Assembly (NCBI GenBank): GCA_002256025.1
Contig: NKIB01013511.1
Coordinates: 1 to 56,196, forward strand
Direction: 5' to 3'
DNA: 56,196 bases
Source of the DNA: Asterionella formosa
Taxonomy: Eukaryota
Both the position numbers and the translations under genes were made by a program. The notes under the pieces were generated by a model that was not told where the DNA came from, did not search any database, and saw only the letters and a list, made by a program, of their open reading frames with translations. Below, in pieces: positions 32,031 to 45,384 of the stretch (position 1 is its first letter; the number at the start of each line of letters is the position of its first letter).

Positions 32031-35000
32031 TTGTTTGCAGCGAATCAAACAACCCTCCTTCCAATTTCGATTGCTACGCGTTGGGAAACAGCCAAAATAG
32101 TACCGTTTCTAAATATAAATGAGAAATAAACTAAATACATGAAGACATTAAAATTATGCCTATGACTAGTTCATTCACTTTGGGGAACTCGGATACAGCT
32201 GTTTTGTCATGACAACTCTCTCATCACACAAGGCACAGATTTCGATTTCATTTCATAATCAATCTGCCAGCGGCACAAGTCGTATTCATATTTGATCCGA
32301 TTAAAGCCAACATTGTCAGTGCCCAACGATGGCGAGATCATGCAAATCAAAATCAATGATATTATTATATTTTCAATGAATAAGAGGAGGCATAAGAAAT
32401 GGAAGGATGCATTGCTATGAAAATTTAACTGCTAAAAATTATATTAAATTTTTATTTTATGTCAGATAAGTAATCTAAAAAAATAAGAAAACCAGAGAGC
32501 AACGACGATACATCAAATCACGAAGGAATATTTGTGATATAATCATTTTGTCACAAATTAATTTGGTATTTCGAAGCGCGCCCAATACCTGTACATATTT
32601 ATTGTAGCCGGTGCGTACTATGATAGATGGTCTACCGACACTATTTTGGGATAGTTTAGAAATCGATATCACATCAAAAATGTATGGGGCACCAAAAATG
32701 CATGAAAAATGATCACACAAGAAGGATTGTAACAAGCATCAAAAAATCGACATGATGAAGGGAAGCAAACAAATGGAACAAATCAACAGAACGTACCACA
32801 GCTTGAGAATCAATTTGAGGCAGTAGAAAAATTGCAGCTAAGGTCGGAAGAAGCAAATTTGATGTTGGCTCCTTGGATAGTTGGAATGTGAAGAAATTAT
32901 GCCATTGTCACGATGTTCAATAGGGACAACAATAGAGTTAGAGTGTTGGCATTACTGTAGTTGTAATGGAAGCGAACAATCAACAATCAACTCTCCTCCT
33001 GGTTGGCACCACAAGCAGATAGGTCTTTAGCATACCAGAAGTGGCTTCTAGTTCTCTTTGTCATTGTCGATTCATGATAACATAGCAATAACAATAATTG
33101 CTATTAGACAACCTACAGAAACAATGCAATTATGAAGTATCAGAAAAAACCAACATATGAGAACTAAAACTTGCTGCCAAGATCTGATTTGATATAGTGT
33201 ATGACACGTTGAAACATACTGAAGAATAATGATTGATCATATCTTGTTTAAAATACCGGATCAGTGATGATGGAAGCCTAACTTGTATCTACTATAATTT
33301 GAGTGCGACCACCAAACTACTGATTGAGGTCGTTATTGAATAATTATCTGATTGATTATTATCTATTAAATCTAGAGAAGGATGTGATCAGATAGGCTTT
33401 CAGAATTCGACAGAAAGATGAACCAAAATTTTGGTGCCACCGGGATGAAGCAGTCAAGTATTATGCAATCCCACCAAAAGTCGAATCGGCTATCAACAAG
33501 CGCCTTTCATTCGATAATGAAGTGACACAGTCTGTATCTATAAGTCTGAACATACTGGATTATTGCAGGGATGTATACTACTATAGTGTAATTGCCATTG
33601 AAAATTTACATAAAACCATCACTTTGTGCCTTCTTGTGGTTCATCCTACTCTCTTCTGATTTCAAAATTCCACTTTCCTTAAAGAAAATGCAGGCAATTG
33701 AAGGGGTGTAGATATCAATATCCAATTCCATTAAATAAAAGGCAGTCTATTTCAGTGGGCAAATCAAGGGGCTATTGAAAATACTGATGCTATTCTGGCA
33801 ATCCAAAAATGGAACATAAAAAATATAAAAAAATTATATGAAGGGTAATTGCAGAATTGAATCATCCAAAATCTGAACATGTGAAATATTCAAAATATGC
33901 TTTATAGGAAGGGCAATTGGCCACCACTTCAGAACCAATATGCAAACTAGCTATGTAAAATATGTCTTTGATGTTTTCTGAAAGGGCATTATAGTTTTGA
34001 AAGGCCGCTGAAAGCCAGGTTTTGAATTGCTGAAGGCAATACACGCCGAGGTGGTATCATGTCTGCGAGTATACATGTGTTCGAGGCTGCTGGCACAGCG
34101 AGAACAAGGTCACCCTACGAATGCTATTCCAGGCAAGTACACATGTATACGAGAAGGCATGTAGCCTACTGCCAACTCATTGAGTGTGAATGTCAATTTT
34201 TAGCTAGCTATAGTCATCATATAAAATTTATTTTGTACATTTCCTATCTTCTCATCGAAATTCGCAATGCGTCCAATATTGCCCCCCATCATTAAAATAT
34301 ATTTCTTATATTTGCTTCATATGTTCGAATTCAGCAAAAAAAATTACGCCAATCGTCCCACGGTTTTCATTTATTGCTGAAAAAGGAACCCGGCAATTCA
34401 CCTTTCACAACGCCAATCATCGTTCATCATGCCCAGTCTGAAGCGAAATAAGTTCATTGATGATGCCAGTGGCGGTTGATTGTCAAACGGATGGGGTTGG
34501 TTGGGTTGTTGGATTGTTGGATTGCTTGACTTCTCGTGGGACTCATGTAGTCGCATCATTCATATTTCTTCAGACGAACAATGATATCGGCCTATCTGAT
34601 GTTGGCGGCAAGTTTTTGCTCCGATCATTGGTACCAAAAAAACCATGCATGCCTTAAGCTAAACTTAAACGCTTACTTTTATATATTCATTGATTTTACG
34701 TATGCCTGATTTCGTACTCACAAATAAGATTCTCACTCTAGCTATCCTGCCTGCTATTGCTCAATTCGGCTTTCAACAGGGACCTTTCGACTTTCTTTTG
34801 ATCCCATCGTCTGCTGCTTGTTATGCTAGTTAGAGCGGATCGGTGAGTACATCAGTGAAACATTGAATGAGGAATGGTGATACTATTTGTCGAATTTCCG
34901 ATTTGATTGCTTCCATGGTCCATTTTGATCGCTTCCATCGTTGTTTGTCATTCCATACTGTCGTTTTTGTTCGATTGTATATTTATACACAAGGGCCGAT

Positions 35001-36365
35001 GTATGCATCAATTCCTACTCTTTAAAGATGTTTTGTTGTTGATCTTATTTGTTGATCTGTATAGTCATTGACAATGATGTCAATATTGCCGCCAAGCAAT
35101 GCTTTTCCTGTACTAACGCGTTTGCTAACTTTCTACTACGAGTTCGTGTCACAAGCTACAAATCAAAATTCAGCTAGAGGGAGTCGATAGCAGTGGAGCA
35201 GCCTGGCATTCACGCTTGGTTACTCAGAATGTAATGGAATGAGCAGGGTTTTTTGGTGGGAGGAACAACTGTGAGCGGAAGGATTGCTGCTTGTGTCTGA
35301 CTACTACAGCTATGTGCATTGTTGCAGCAACCAGATCACATAGCTAGTATGCTACATCACAATGCAGATCTCAATTGGGTTCAGCTTTTTTTGTTCTTTT
35401 CTGTATTATTTTGGTCTTCGATTGTGAGATGGAAAGTCAATGTTGCCTGTGTAAACTAAAATGCATATGTCTCCACTGAAACTCATATTTTTTACTTCCT
35501 TTCTAACCCAAAACAATATTTTCAATTTCTTATTTGATGCTACTAATTACATTGCATGTCATCCTTTGGTTGCTCCAAACATCATGATGTTCAATTTTCA
35601 TTGATATTGCATCTTACAGTCATTCTCGTGTGTTTGATGCTTGTTTAACCATTTCTATGTATATTACCATTATTCTGGCTTATCATGCTAAAATCGGCAA
35701 TTTTTATGCCGAAAACTTCGATATGCCCCATATTGCCCCTAAATAAAAATTACTTAAGAATTTACTTAAAACGCTAAAAATTACTTAAAAAGTACCCGAA
35801 TGGAAAGACGATAGCTGGAGCGGGAATTGCTTAGTTATCAGACCCTTCCTGGGGAGGAGTTTGCCTTCTCGTATTCTTGTGTTCTCAACTTGGGAGGCCC
35901 TCGAAGGTAGACCTTTTCGCGCCGGGCGCCGCTCGTTCAGTCCACCTACCGGTATATGTATACCGCAGTCTCCACTCTCGGTCGTGTCTCATGCACCTGC
36001 TCGACTAGGGTAGCAGGTACCGGTACCATTATTAGGTAGTGCCCCCCCCCCCACCGGGTCATGTCTTACCTTCAGTATTTCGTTAACTGCATGGGTGTGT
36101 GCGCAATATACCGGTACATGAATGCCGGTATGTAGTCAACCGGTAGTGTCTAGTCCATGCACCAGTACCGGTAATTTAATATAAAACGAATGAACAAAAA
36201 GACCAGCAACTAAACAATGAATAGGACCACCACATCTTTTGCTGATAAGTATGCAATTATCGCTCTGAGTTACCTTCGGCTCTGTTGTGTGTTTTGATTG
36301 TGCTTCCGGACACTATAGCCTTATCTACTGAATTTTTACAAGAGCATTTCCCACGTTCAAGAAAG

Positions 36366-37487
36366 ATGAATCATTCATTGCGACGAGTGGGTCTGGTGGC
36401 TCTGAGATCCGAATGTCGTTTGAGCCGAGAAACAAAGACCGTTATGCCGCCGCTACAGCAGCTGTTCCATACAGTTGCCGCCAAACAGACTCAATTATCT
36501 TCCCTACATAACTCTTTTCATTGGGATCACGATGAAAATGATGAAGATCCGCCAGTAAAGCATTGCGCTACATGTACCTGCACTGCTTCTAATGATAAAC
36601 CGCCACCGATCGATCCATTGCCGCATGTCTGCTCCAGACCAGTCCATGCAGTAGCCCTTCCACCTCCTCTCCCAGAGCCGAAGTATTCAGTATTCAAGCG
36701 AGTCTTACCAAAATCATTAGTTCAATTAGATTCTAAACTTGGTCGACAGTACCTACTCGAATCGTTGTCCTCTTCCACGGCCGAGTCGTACTGGGCGCTA
36801 TCCCAACACTTTACCAATCAATCCGACCCGGCTTACTGCGGAGTGACATCATTGATCATGGTACTAAATAGTATGGGAGTTGATCCACAAGTCAGATGGA
36901 GGGGTGGATGGAGGTTCTATGGCAGTGAAGACACTCTCCTTGACCGTTGCTGCATACCTAAAGAACGAGTTCAAAGAATCGGAATCGACATGGAAGACTT
37001 TGCACAACTTGCCAAGTGCCAGGGATTGCGAGTGAAATTCCAACACTGCAGAGAACCGCAAGGGTTGCAACACTTTCGAACTAATGTACAGCATGCCCTA
37101 TCGTCGCCTTCTTCTATTCTCGTCGTTTCGTTTGGACGTTCCAAATTGGGACAAACAGGGGACGGTCACTTTTCACCCATCGGGGCGTACCACGCCAAAA
37201 GTGACATGATCTTGGTGATGGATGTTGCCCGATTCAAGTATCCATGTTATTGGGTTTCTATTGAAGACATGTATGATGCCATGTGTGAGGTGGATGCTAC
37301 GACTTTGAAGCCACGAGGTTGGTTCGTTCTGCAGCCGCCAGAGCGATCAGCGTTGTACAATCCCGAGCTGCTGACAGAGCATAGGAGACCAGTATCGATT
37401 GTCCGTCAACTCGGAACTGGAGATGTATGCCCTGTGGGACCTGTCAAGGTGAAGTACTGCCCTGCAAATGAGTTGAATAAGAAGTAA
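36366..37487 (+). CDS. PCS: Phytochelatin synthase (glutathione gamma-glutamylcysteinyltransferase), 373 aa from the ATG
   Basis: FTNQSDPAYCG (Cys), WRGGWRFY, GQTGDGHFSPIGAYH (His), MDVARFKYP (Asp), RGW; ATG at 36366. Confidence 0.95.
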   Translation: MNHSLRRVGLVALRSECRLSRETKTVMPPLQQLFHTVAAKQTQLSSLHNSFHWDHDENDEDPPVKHCATCTCTASNDKPPPIDPLPHVCSRPVHAVALPPPLPEPKYSVFKRVLPKSLVQLDSKLGRQYLLESLSSSTAESYWALSQHFTNQSDPAYCGVTSLIMVLNSMGVDPQVRWRGGWRFYGSEDTLLDRCCIPKERVQRIGIDMEDFAQLAKCQGLRVKFQHCREPQGLQHFRTNVQHALSSPSSILVVSFGRSKLGQTGDGHFSPIGAYHAKSDMILVMDVARFKYPCYWVSIEDMYDAMCEVDATTLKPRGWFVLQPPERSALYNPELLTEHRRPVSIVRQLGTGDVCPVGPVKVKYCPANELNKK

Positions 37488-38624
37488 TTGACGCGGAGAA
37501 CTATTTTCAATGCACAGTATGCCTTCGCTGTTAATAGAGCTAGCTTTGTTATGTGGTGAACATCGTGATTCTCCGCCCATTTTGTGCAGCACTTCATTTT
37601 AATTCGTGGCTATTCTGATCAGCAAACAGTCAAACCAGATTGGATGGCGGGGCCGGGGTCACTTGTAACATCTACGCATTTCACAAAACTGGTATGTAAC
37701 TATCGATGGCCTAGACTAGAGTCTAATACCTGCTACCTGGAACTCCCCCAGGTACTCCTACCGTACCATGGTTGGTTGGTTGTTTCAGAACCGGTACCTG
37801 GTACTCTACCTATCAGAGAGATCAACATGGTTATCTACCAGGGTCCATTCAGTTGAGCGATGTTAGTGATCAGTCATCTCTCGCATACCACTTACAAGGT
37901 CCCGCACTTTAAAAAAGGGGACGAATTCCTTTCGTCATCATCATAATGGATGGGTTGGTCGTGGTTGCTGTTTCGAGGAATGTTCCCTTTACTGTTGTCA
38001 CCAACAGGTAGACCTGGTACTTGGTGACAAGTACTGGTTCGTAGGTTCGAGGTCTTCACAGGTGGTACCTGGTACTGGTACCTGGTACCAGGTATCATTG
38101 TTACCTTCTCCTTCTTCTTCCCATGTAGTTAGCTGTTGTGTACATGGTATTTATACTGTGCGTATGGACCGGGTATACTCCGTCCCTTTGTTGATCGTCG
38201 CTCAAGGAATTGTTCTGGACATTCGATACCTCCCAGCATCAGTTATGGAGCACGGAGTGCAACACGATAGGAGTAGCAGGTTTGAGTCTAGAAAAATAGA
38301 CATTATATTCCAGTACCGGGGGCAGCGCATGATTAGGAGCGCGTAAGTATGGTCGTACCCGCTGGTACGACTCCCTCCGTATTACTCCTACGTATGTGCC
38401 TACACAGGACCGGCTGCTTCGTGAATACGTCGTACCTGTCCTACTATGGTACCTGGTAGCTAGTACGAAATACAAGCAGTCATACACAAGTCATGAAGCA
38501 TCAGTAAACCAAATGTTACAGCAGCAGCGAAATAAAAAACCATAAAAGAGCCATAGGAAAAGGTAACACACAAAACAACGGCATCAACATCAGTCACGCT
38601 GCCATACATTTCACACGATCAACC

Positions 38625-39068
38625 ATGATGAGCCAGTTTTTGTTTATTCTCCTTGCCATGACTATAGCTTCTGCGTATGCTCAAGTCAACTTCATTGGAT
38701 CATGGAAAGTAACTGATTTCGTTGAGAACCAAGCGCCAATGCAAATGCCCCAAAGGAACAACATGGTGTTAACCCTGAAAAGCGACGACGAGGTTAACTA
38801 TCACATCACTATGATTATTGGAAACCGCTTCATGGGTGGTTTCAAGGTTGTTTCCACTACAAGTGATGGTGTGGCTACCATTGAGACGGGAGGTTTGGCT
38901 GGAACTCGTATGATGCCTCCACCAGCGATGCAACCTTTTGAGCAGTTCATGAGCCAGATGTGGCCCGCGATGAACGAAATGTTTGTCGTCTCAGACATTC
39001 TCACCATCAAAGGACCCTCAGCAAAGATTGTCTGCGAGAGAAGTGGAGATATTTCTGGGTCGTCTTGA
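38625..39068 (+). CDS. Secreted META-domain (HslJ/DUF306-like) protein, 147 aa
   Basis: Signal peptide MMSQFLFILLAMTIASAYA; GSWKV, GNRFMGGF, LAGTRMMPPP..QPFEQ, LTIKG fit the META pattern. Confidence 0.75.
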   Translation: MMSQFLFILLAMTIASAYAQVNFIGSWKVTDFVENQAPMQMPQRNNMVLTLKSDDEVNYHITMIIGNRFMGGFKVVSTTSDGVATIETGGLAGTRMMPPPAMQPFEQFMSQMWPAMNEMFVVSDILTIKGPSAKIVCERSGDISGSS

Positions 39069-41976
39069 AAAACGATTTCTAGAGCATCCCAATGGCCCCA
39101 CACACAAAATTGAGTCGTGAAACTGTGTGAAATGCACTCCCAACAAACTGTATTGCTTTGCAATCCATACATATTCCAACCAAAGTTAAGATGTTAGATC
39201 GGATAACTTTCTTTAATCATTGACTATTACTTGCGTGGTTTGATTTTTGCAGATGTACGCAGTCCCCAAACTTTCCCCCGATGTTGATTTTAGATCTGCC
39301 AGAACCACACACAACATAAAGTAGAATGCGAGGAATTTATTACAGCCTCGAATTGAACCCTCTTGCCCATTTTGAAAAAAGCATCATGTAAAGGGCTCTA
39401 TAAAAGGTTAACTAGTAAAATTAATGCTCATTCTCCATGTATTATTGTATATATAGTTTGTTGTATATGTAAGTAGTATAGCTTACCAGCTTTCTAGTTT
39501 ACCTTTTGTTTGTAGACTACCACATTTCAATATTATAATAATATAATTACCCATAGTTGAAAAGCTACTTGGCCAGTACAGCACTGGCAGTCTTTATAAA
39601 GTGAAAAATTGCGGAAATAGAATGACAAATTTACTTCCACTTGTTTGTTTTTATAAAAGAGTGAGCAAGCTTAAACTAAATGTAATTGAAATGTTGTTTC
39701 AATTGAAACGTGTCAACTCCAACACATTTCTGAACTGGATTGTTCCTTGGAGGCGAGGAGGTTCTTCACTTTCCCACTTGTGTAGTAAACTAGATAATAT
39801 TTTCTTGTCTTGTCACATCCAGCCTAGATAGGCTTTATGCTTACAGAGTCTTCCACTCTTTCTTTGGTGTTGGATGATAAAAATGTGTAGCAGTTGTAGC
39901 ATTCAATCTTGCAATACTCCCATTTGTTACTAACATGTGATGATACTAATAAACAATAGAACCCAACAGTGCAGTAGTTATAGCAATACGCCTAATATAC
40001 CCTGGATTTTTATAAAACATATTACTAAGTGGATGTCATAAAAAAAGGAAATTTTAAAGGATGAATTTGTTGATTGAGAGTCACTTGTGTATTCAGCAGC
40101 TGTCTATTATTTATTAGCTTATAATCGAAAAGAATATTGATTATTGTCTGCCATGACTGGTTGATTGAGAAAACAATAAAGCTGAGGGTCATCATCTAGC
40201 TAGTTCAATTGAGAATGAAGAATCAGATGTTAATGCTGAGGTTGTCAGTCCAATATCATCCCCCACCAAAGACGCAAGCCTCGGAAGGAGAGCAATGATA
40301 CCATCTGCAATAGCAATATAAGTTAACTTCATATAGTGAAGTAGTATGGTATTCTTTGATATATACACGCCATCAGAGGAAAAATTGATTGTGTAAGGTA
40401 TTGTAAAAAAGATTGCGATGATCAGTGTGAACATGAAGAATATGGCCCATTAAGATGGAATGAAATTCCTTAAATTCTTCTAACACAGACAAGATATTTT
40501 TAAAATAGTTATTTAACATTTATGATTAGCTAAAGCTTGCGAGAATTATGAGCGACTGGGAAGTCTTGAACTATGATAACTGAAACTAATTATCAATAAG
40601 AGGCATCAATAAACCCAGCAATGATGTCAATGTTTAGCATCATCAAAGCGAGTAGCTAATAGGATGCAAAAACACTGTTATATCCATACAGGACATTTTA
40701 GTGTGCAAAAAATCAATTGTTAGACACCTGGCCAAAGAAGCAAACTTGCATAAGTCCATAAAGGCCTTGCACTTCTGTTGTACTAGTATACCAGCTACAG
40801 ATTGAGTGTTGGAGAATCATGTTGTATAAAAGAATACTGGCATGTGAAGAAAATTTACCTGGTATGCATGGTATGTATCTTAATTGTAAAAATTTTCATA
40901 GATGGTGAACTAGTGCCCTGAGGTATCAAGCGTTCATAAATCAAAGATAGGTACCCTCCACTATCAAATAACACTCATATTATTTCATGCATATGTGCAG
41001 TATCCAACAAACCTGGGGTAAATATCACATGAAAGGAAATAAACTCAATGAAACCTATTTATTTTTAGGCAGAAAAACATGAGACTTGAATAGGGCTTTG
41101 ATATCATGCATGGGATATATTGAATCCTTCTACTATGCAATTTAAAAATCTCGCGAAACCGAGTTATCCAGACTGGTGTAATTGTCTTGTAAACAACAAA
41201 TTATCCAGGTGATAAATAAAGTGAGTCATATTCAATTTGTGTTCATATATTTTATATGTCTACCTTCATGCTAACCTGATTCTGACGCTTCTGTTACATG
41301 GTCCTTTCCATTGTACTCTTTTGCTGAAGTTTAACACTCATGTTACAGGTAACGGGCTGCCTCTCCCGTCCCTATTCCCTTGTACTCCGTGTCTGAATCA
41401 TTCTTCATTATTTTTCATTGGCTGTTATAACAAATACGAAGCAATAACCTGTTAGTCAAATTTTTATGCAACAACATGCAGTTCCATTCTATCTTCAATT
41501 ACCACAAATAGATATTCTCTTTTCACATTACTTCACAAAACAGTGTGTCAATCAATCCATTTTGTTTGTTCACTGTATTAACGAGAAATGGAAATCAATT
41601 ACTTGCTAGGATGGATTTGCTTAGATGAAAACATGCGGTCCAAGTCATTTATCATCACTTACCACAACAAATCCACGTTCGGCTTGCATGTTTTTATGTG
41701 TGTCTAAGTGTTTTTATTGGCAGCGGCATGGATGGTTGCTCCAGGTACAAAGTTGTTGCACTTGAGCCACTGAGTGGAGGAGTATGAATGTAGGCAGTGG
41801 AAAACTGTTCATCTCAATTGGTCTGGATGATAGTGATGATTCCGAAAAATCTGGGACTGATAAAGAGACATCAATATCATCACTCAATAGAGAGGTGAAA
41901 CCGTGAGAGGTTTTTCCAGCCTCTTGGTTTTTGCTGGACAAAAGGATTGTGAGCAGAGGTGGAGTGAGAACTGGTT

Positions 41977-42100
41977 TTGGTGAAAGCTGATTTTACCTTT
42001 AACTATTTTATTTAGTTTTACGTAATGTGTGGATTAGGTACATCATAACATATTTTGGGAAAATACAGACCTAGCAATGTGTAACTTCGGGGCTGCAACC
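41977..42100 (+). mobile_element. Right end of the Kolobok-like TTAA element (third copy)
   Basis: tggtgaaagct.attttac..ttaactatttta...GGGGCTGCAACC followed by TTAA (42101-42104). Confidence 0.7.
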
Positions 42101-43198
42101 TTAAATTGAACATCTCATTCCGAAGCTATCAACATATGGAAGACGTAAAATTCAGTCCCAGTGGACAATGCAGTTTATTTTCAAACATGGATTATCCTGT
42201 TGTTGTTTTTACCTATAAAATTTTTTAAACATAAACACATATAAATTAAGGACTAATGTAAAGCGTAAAATACATACATCAAACATACCCAATAGAATAT
42301 TTTTCACTTTTCTTCTATTTATTCTACCTCACTCATATACTGATGTATCATATTCTATATATTATTTGGGCGCGTTGTTACATCTATGTTTATTTACTGA
42401 ATTATTATTGACCATGTTATGGACCAAGAGATAAAATGCGGTGGGCAGCATGACAAGCAATCACACAACTCTGGCTTCTCACTAACAGCCCCTGAAAAAC
42501 TAGAAACGAGGAAATACACAAGGCAAAACCGAAAAGATATCTCATTCAACAAACAATGAAAGAACTCGTAAATTCTATCTACTACAAAATGAAAGATACC
42601 ATAGAGACAAACATATTTTTAGCACAGATCTAGCAATCCTCGTCCTTAAATCATGGTGTTCAAAGAAAAGAAGCTCTTGGAAAGAGCAGAATTTTTGATC
42701 GAGGAATCCTATAGTCTAGGCACATCAGGGCAAACAATTATTACACAATATTTCACTGCAATTCAATCCAGTGACGAGCGCCACAAGCCCACGAAGGCAC
42801 ATGCACATCACGAAGACTGATCAATTCAAAGACACACCCAGGTTGCGTACCCGCATGAAATCTGAGCGGTTATCCCCGACCAGGTACAGAACACAGACGA
42901 CACAATTTTTACAAGACTCCCATACGAGGGTGTGGCCGCCAAAACAAAACCCACCACCCCAACACTTTTTGGTCCACGGAGCGCAATGAATGCGTAAAAT
43001 CCTGTAGCTCGGCTAGTATTGATGCGCTATAAAAGTATTTATTTATAAGATATAAAATGCGAGAAATTTATATTCATTATTAGACACAACATAAGATGAG
43101 AAATCCAAACTTGGGATAATCCGTGCTTTCGCTTTTTATGGATCGCCGCTTTTGACATAAATAAACGAAAGATCGACGCCCAATCGGCCGAGAACTAA

Positions 43199-44154
43199 AG
43201 GCCGCTCTTATCATTTTGGTCGTCATTGGTGCATTATCTCCGCAATATGATACAAAAATGGCGGTTTGTATCACCATCGGTGGCTTTGGTCTGATCACCG
43301 GTGTATCGTTGGTTTATCACTGTTACAGTTTTAGGACCCCTGAACAATGCTGTATCAGTGATACAGCCGTTGATCGCTGTGTATTACGTCTGTTGTCACT
43401 GATAAAATAACAGTAGACATGCCAGCGCTAACTATATAATTTATTCTGTTGATGGGAAAATCAACATCAGCTTCTTCACAGTGCAACATCAAAACACCTC
43501 TGGTGCAATCGATTGGTCTAATGGCGTCTATAATTCAAATGCTAGCCTCACACCACTTTTGCAAGCCCTTTTTTCATATGATAGTATAGTTGTAGCTAGT
43601 CTTATTAGTAGTCATCGCTTTACTCGTTGCTAGAACAAATCAATAGTTCTATTTGCATTCCTATCAATTGACCAATATTCTTTTACATTGTAGATTCGTA
43701 ATTTCTAACGCAATTTTGAAGATATATCTATATTTCTTTCTTCATTGCATTTTTCATACAATGATTTATTAAACAACCTCAAAGGTGCAGCAACTCTTTT
43801 GCCATTTTGACAGGCAGAGAAATGGCCAATTACCAACATGGTCAATGTGTTGATGACAGCATGTTGATGAGTCTCCCAGTAGTACTGTTGACATGTATAC
43901 ACAGGCTCCGTCACATGATATGTTTATTATTATAGTATTCCGGTTATTTTTCAGGCTATGCATATGCATATCATCACGCAATATATAAAGACGATGTTTT
44001 TGTCACTGGCCTGTCACTGCTAACAATCCATGTTACACCATGATCCACTGTGATACAAATTAGTGATACAGTGTCAAATCGAGGTACTGTTGCTGATACA
44101 TTTTCAAAAAATTCAAATTTAGTGATACACAATGAAAAATGATAAGAACGACCA
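43199..44154 (+). mobile_element. Older full-length copy of the Harbinger-type MITE at 360-1352
   Basis: Colinear similarity along its whole length; decayed TIRs AGGCCGCTCTTATCATT / AATGATAAGAACGACCA; TSD TAA at 43196-43198 and 44155-44157. Confidence 0.88.
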
Positions 44155-44510
44155 TAAGGGTCTAAGAGTATGGCTCCATCCATTCTAATTATTTTTTATT
44201 AAGGTTAAAACAAAACGTGTTTTTTATACCGTCACTGGGTCAATGCTTTTTTTCCTGGTACCGGTACCAGGTACATGGTACCTGGTACATAACCATCATG
44301 TATTCATACCTGAAATGACGGTCTATTAGTAGTACATATACCGGTACACATATACGGTATTCCGATGTATCACATCATCATGCATGGTGGCCACAGAAAA
44401 ATCAAAAAAAAGTGAGTTTTTTGCTTCATTTGATGATGGACGTCGTGTTGGCACTGGGGGTGGGATCACATTTCGCTCATTTACCCAAGTCGTCCTTCCT
44501 TCGACCAACC

Positions 44511-45278
44511 ATGGCCATGAAACCTGCCTTTCTAGCAGCGCTCGCCATATTTTTGGGAGTCATTGACAAGTCTATCGCCTTCTCAAAGGTGCCGCCTGGG
44601 GCAAGAGGCGAGTGTCGTTTCTTTCTCGATACTGCTGATACGAGAGAATGGGATGCTCTTTTGCCCTTGGGCATATTTCACGGTATCACGACAAACCCAA
44701 CCCTGCTAGAAAGAGCGCACCAACCTTGTACTGTGCCCCATATTCAGGGTCTAGCTCGAAAAGCCCTTAGCCAAACTGAGGAGTTCATGTGCCAATCATG
44801 GGGAGCAACGTCGAACGAAATGTACCAAACTGGAATGCAGTTAAGTGAACCAGACCGAGATCGGATCACCATAAAGGTGCCAGTCACAGCGCGGGGCATG
44901 AAAGCAGCGACACGATTAATTAAATCCGGGGTTAAAGTGTGCCTCACAGCTTGCTATGATTCCAAGCAGGCTTTGCTAGCTGGATCTGTTGGGGCAGAAT
45001 ACTTGGCGCCGTACCTTGGTCGGATGTCGGATTCAGGGAAGAATGGGCTGGAAGAATGTATGAGAATGCAAGACATTGTCGAAGGCCTAGGATGCCAGAC
45101 GAGAATACTGGTTGCCAGCATTCGTGATGTGGAGAGCTTTGTTCTCCTCGCCGAAGCTGGTCTGGATACGTTCACGTTTTCACCAGAGATTGCTAGAAAC
45201 CTTTTTGATGAGCCTCTGACAGACGCAGCCGCTGAAGTATTCGAAGAAGCGGCTTCTCGAGGATCAACTTATCAATAG
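44511..45278 (+). CDS. Transaldolase-family (TalC/MipB/FSA-type) aldolase with a putative bipartite plastid-targeting presequence (255 aa)
   Basis: FFLDTAD, GITTNPTLL, IKVP (Schiff-base Lys), CLTACY, YLAPYLGR, ILVASIR; N-terminus MAMKPAFLAALAIFLGVIDKSIA-FSK; ATG at 44511. Confidence 0.9.
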   Translation: MAMKPAFLAALAIFLGVIDKSIAFSKVPPGARGECRFFLDTADTREWDALLPLGIFHGITTNPTLLERAHQPCTVPHIQGLARKALSQTEEFMCQSWGATSNEMYQTGMQLSEPDRDRITIKVPVTARGMKAATRLIKSGVKVCLTACYDSKQALLAGSVGAEYLAPYLGRMSDSGKNGLEECMRMQDIVEGLGCQTRILVASIRDVESFVLLAEAGLDTFTFSPEIARNLFDEPLTDAAAEVFEEAASRGSTYQ

Positions 45279-45384
45279 GTTATATTTTTGTTTAAGGCTG
45301 TACAGTAAGAATTGATAACCAGCTGAACTTTGAAAACATTTATAGTTTGTAAACTCTAAACTATGTATCCCTTTGAACTACGCT

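Noticed and set aside
32100..35800. Hidden genes in the long AT-rich spacers (also 39200-43100 and 55180-55443)
   Set aside because: Only short ORFs without convincing motifs; probably decayed repeats that I cannot classify by eye
11941..45278. A metabolic gene cluster (galactokinase, glycerate kinase, carrier, aldolase)
   Set aside because: The genes are far apart, interspersed with unrelated genes and probably act in different compartments
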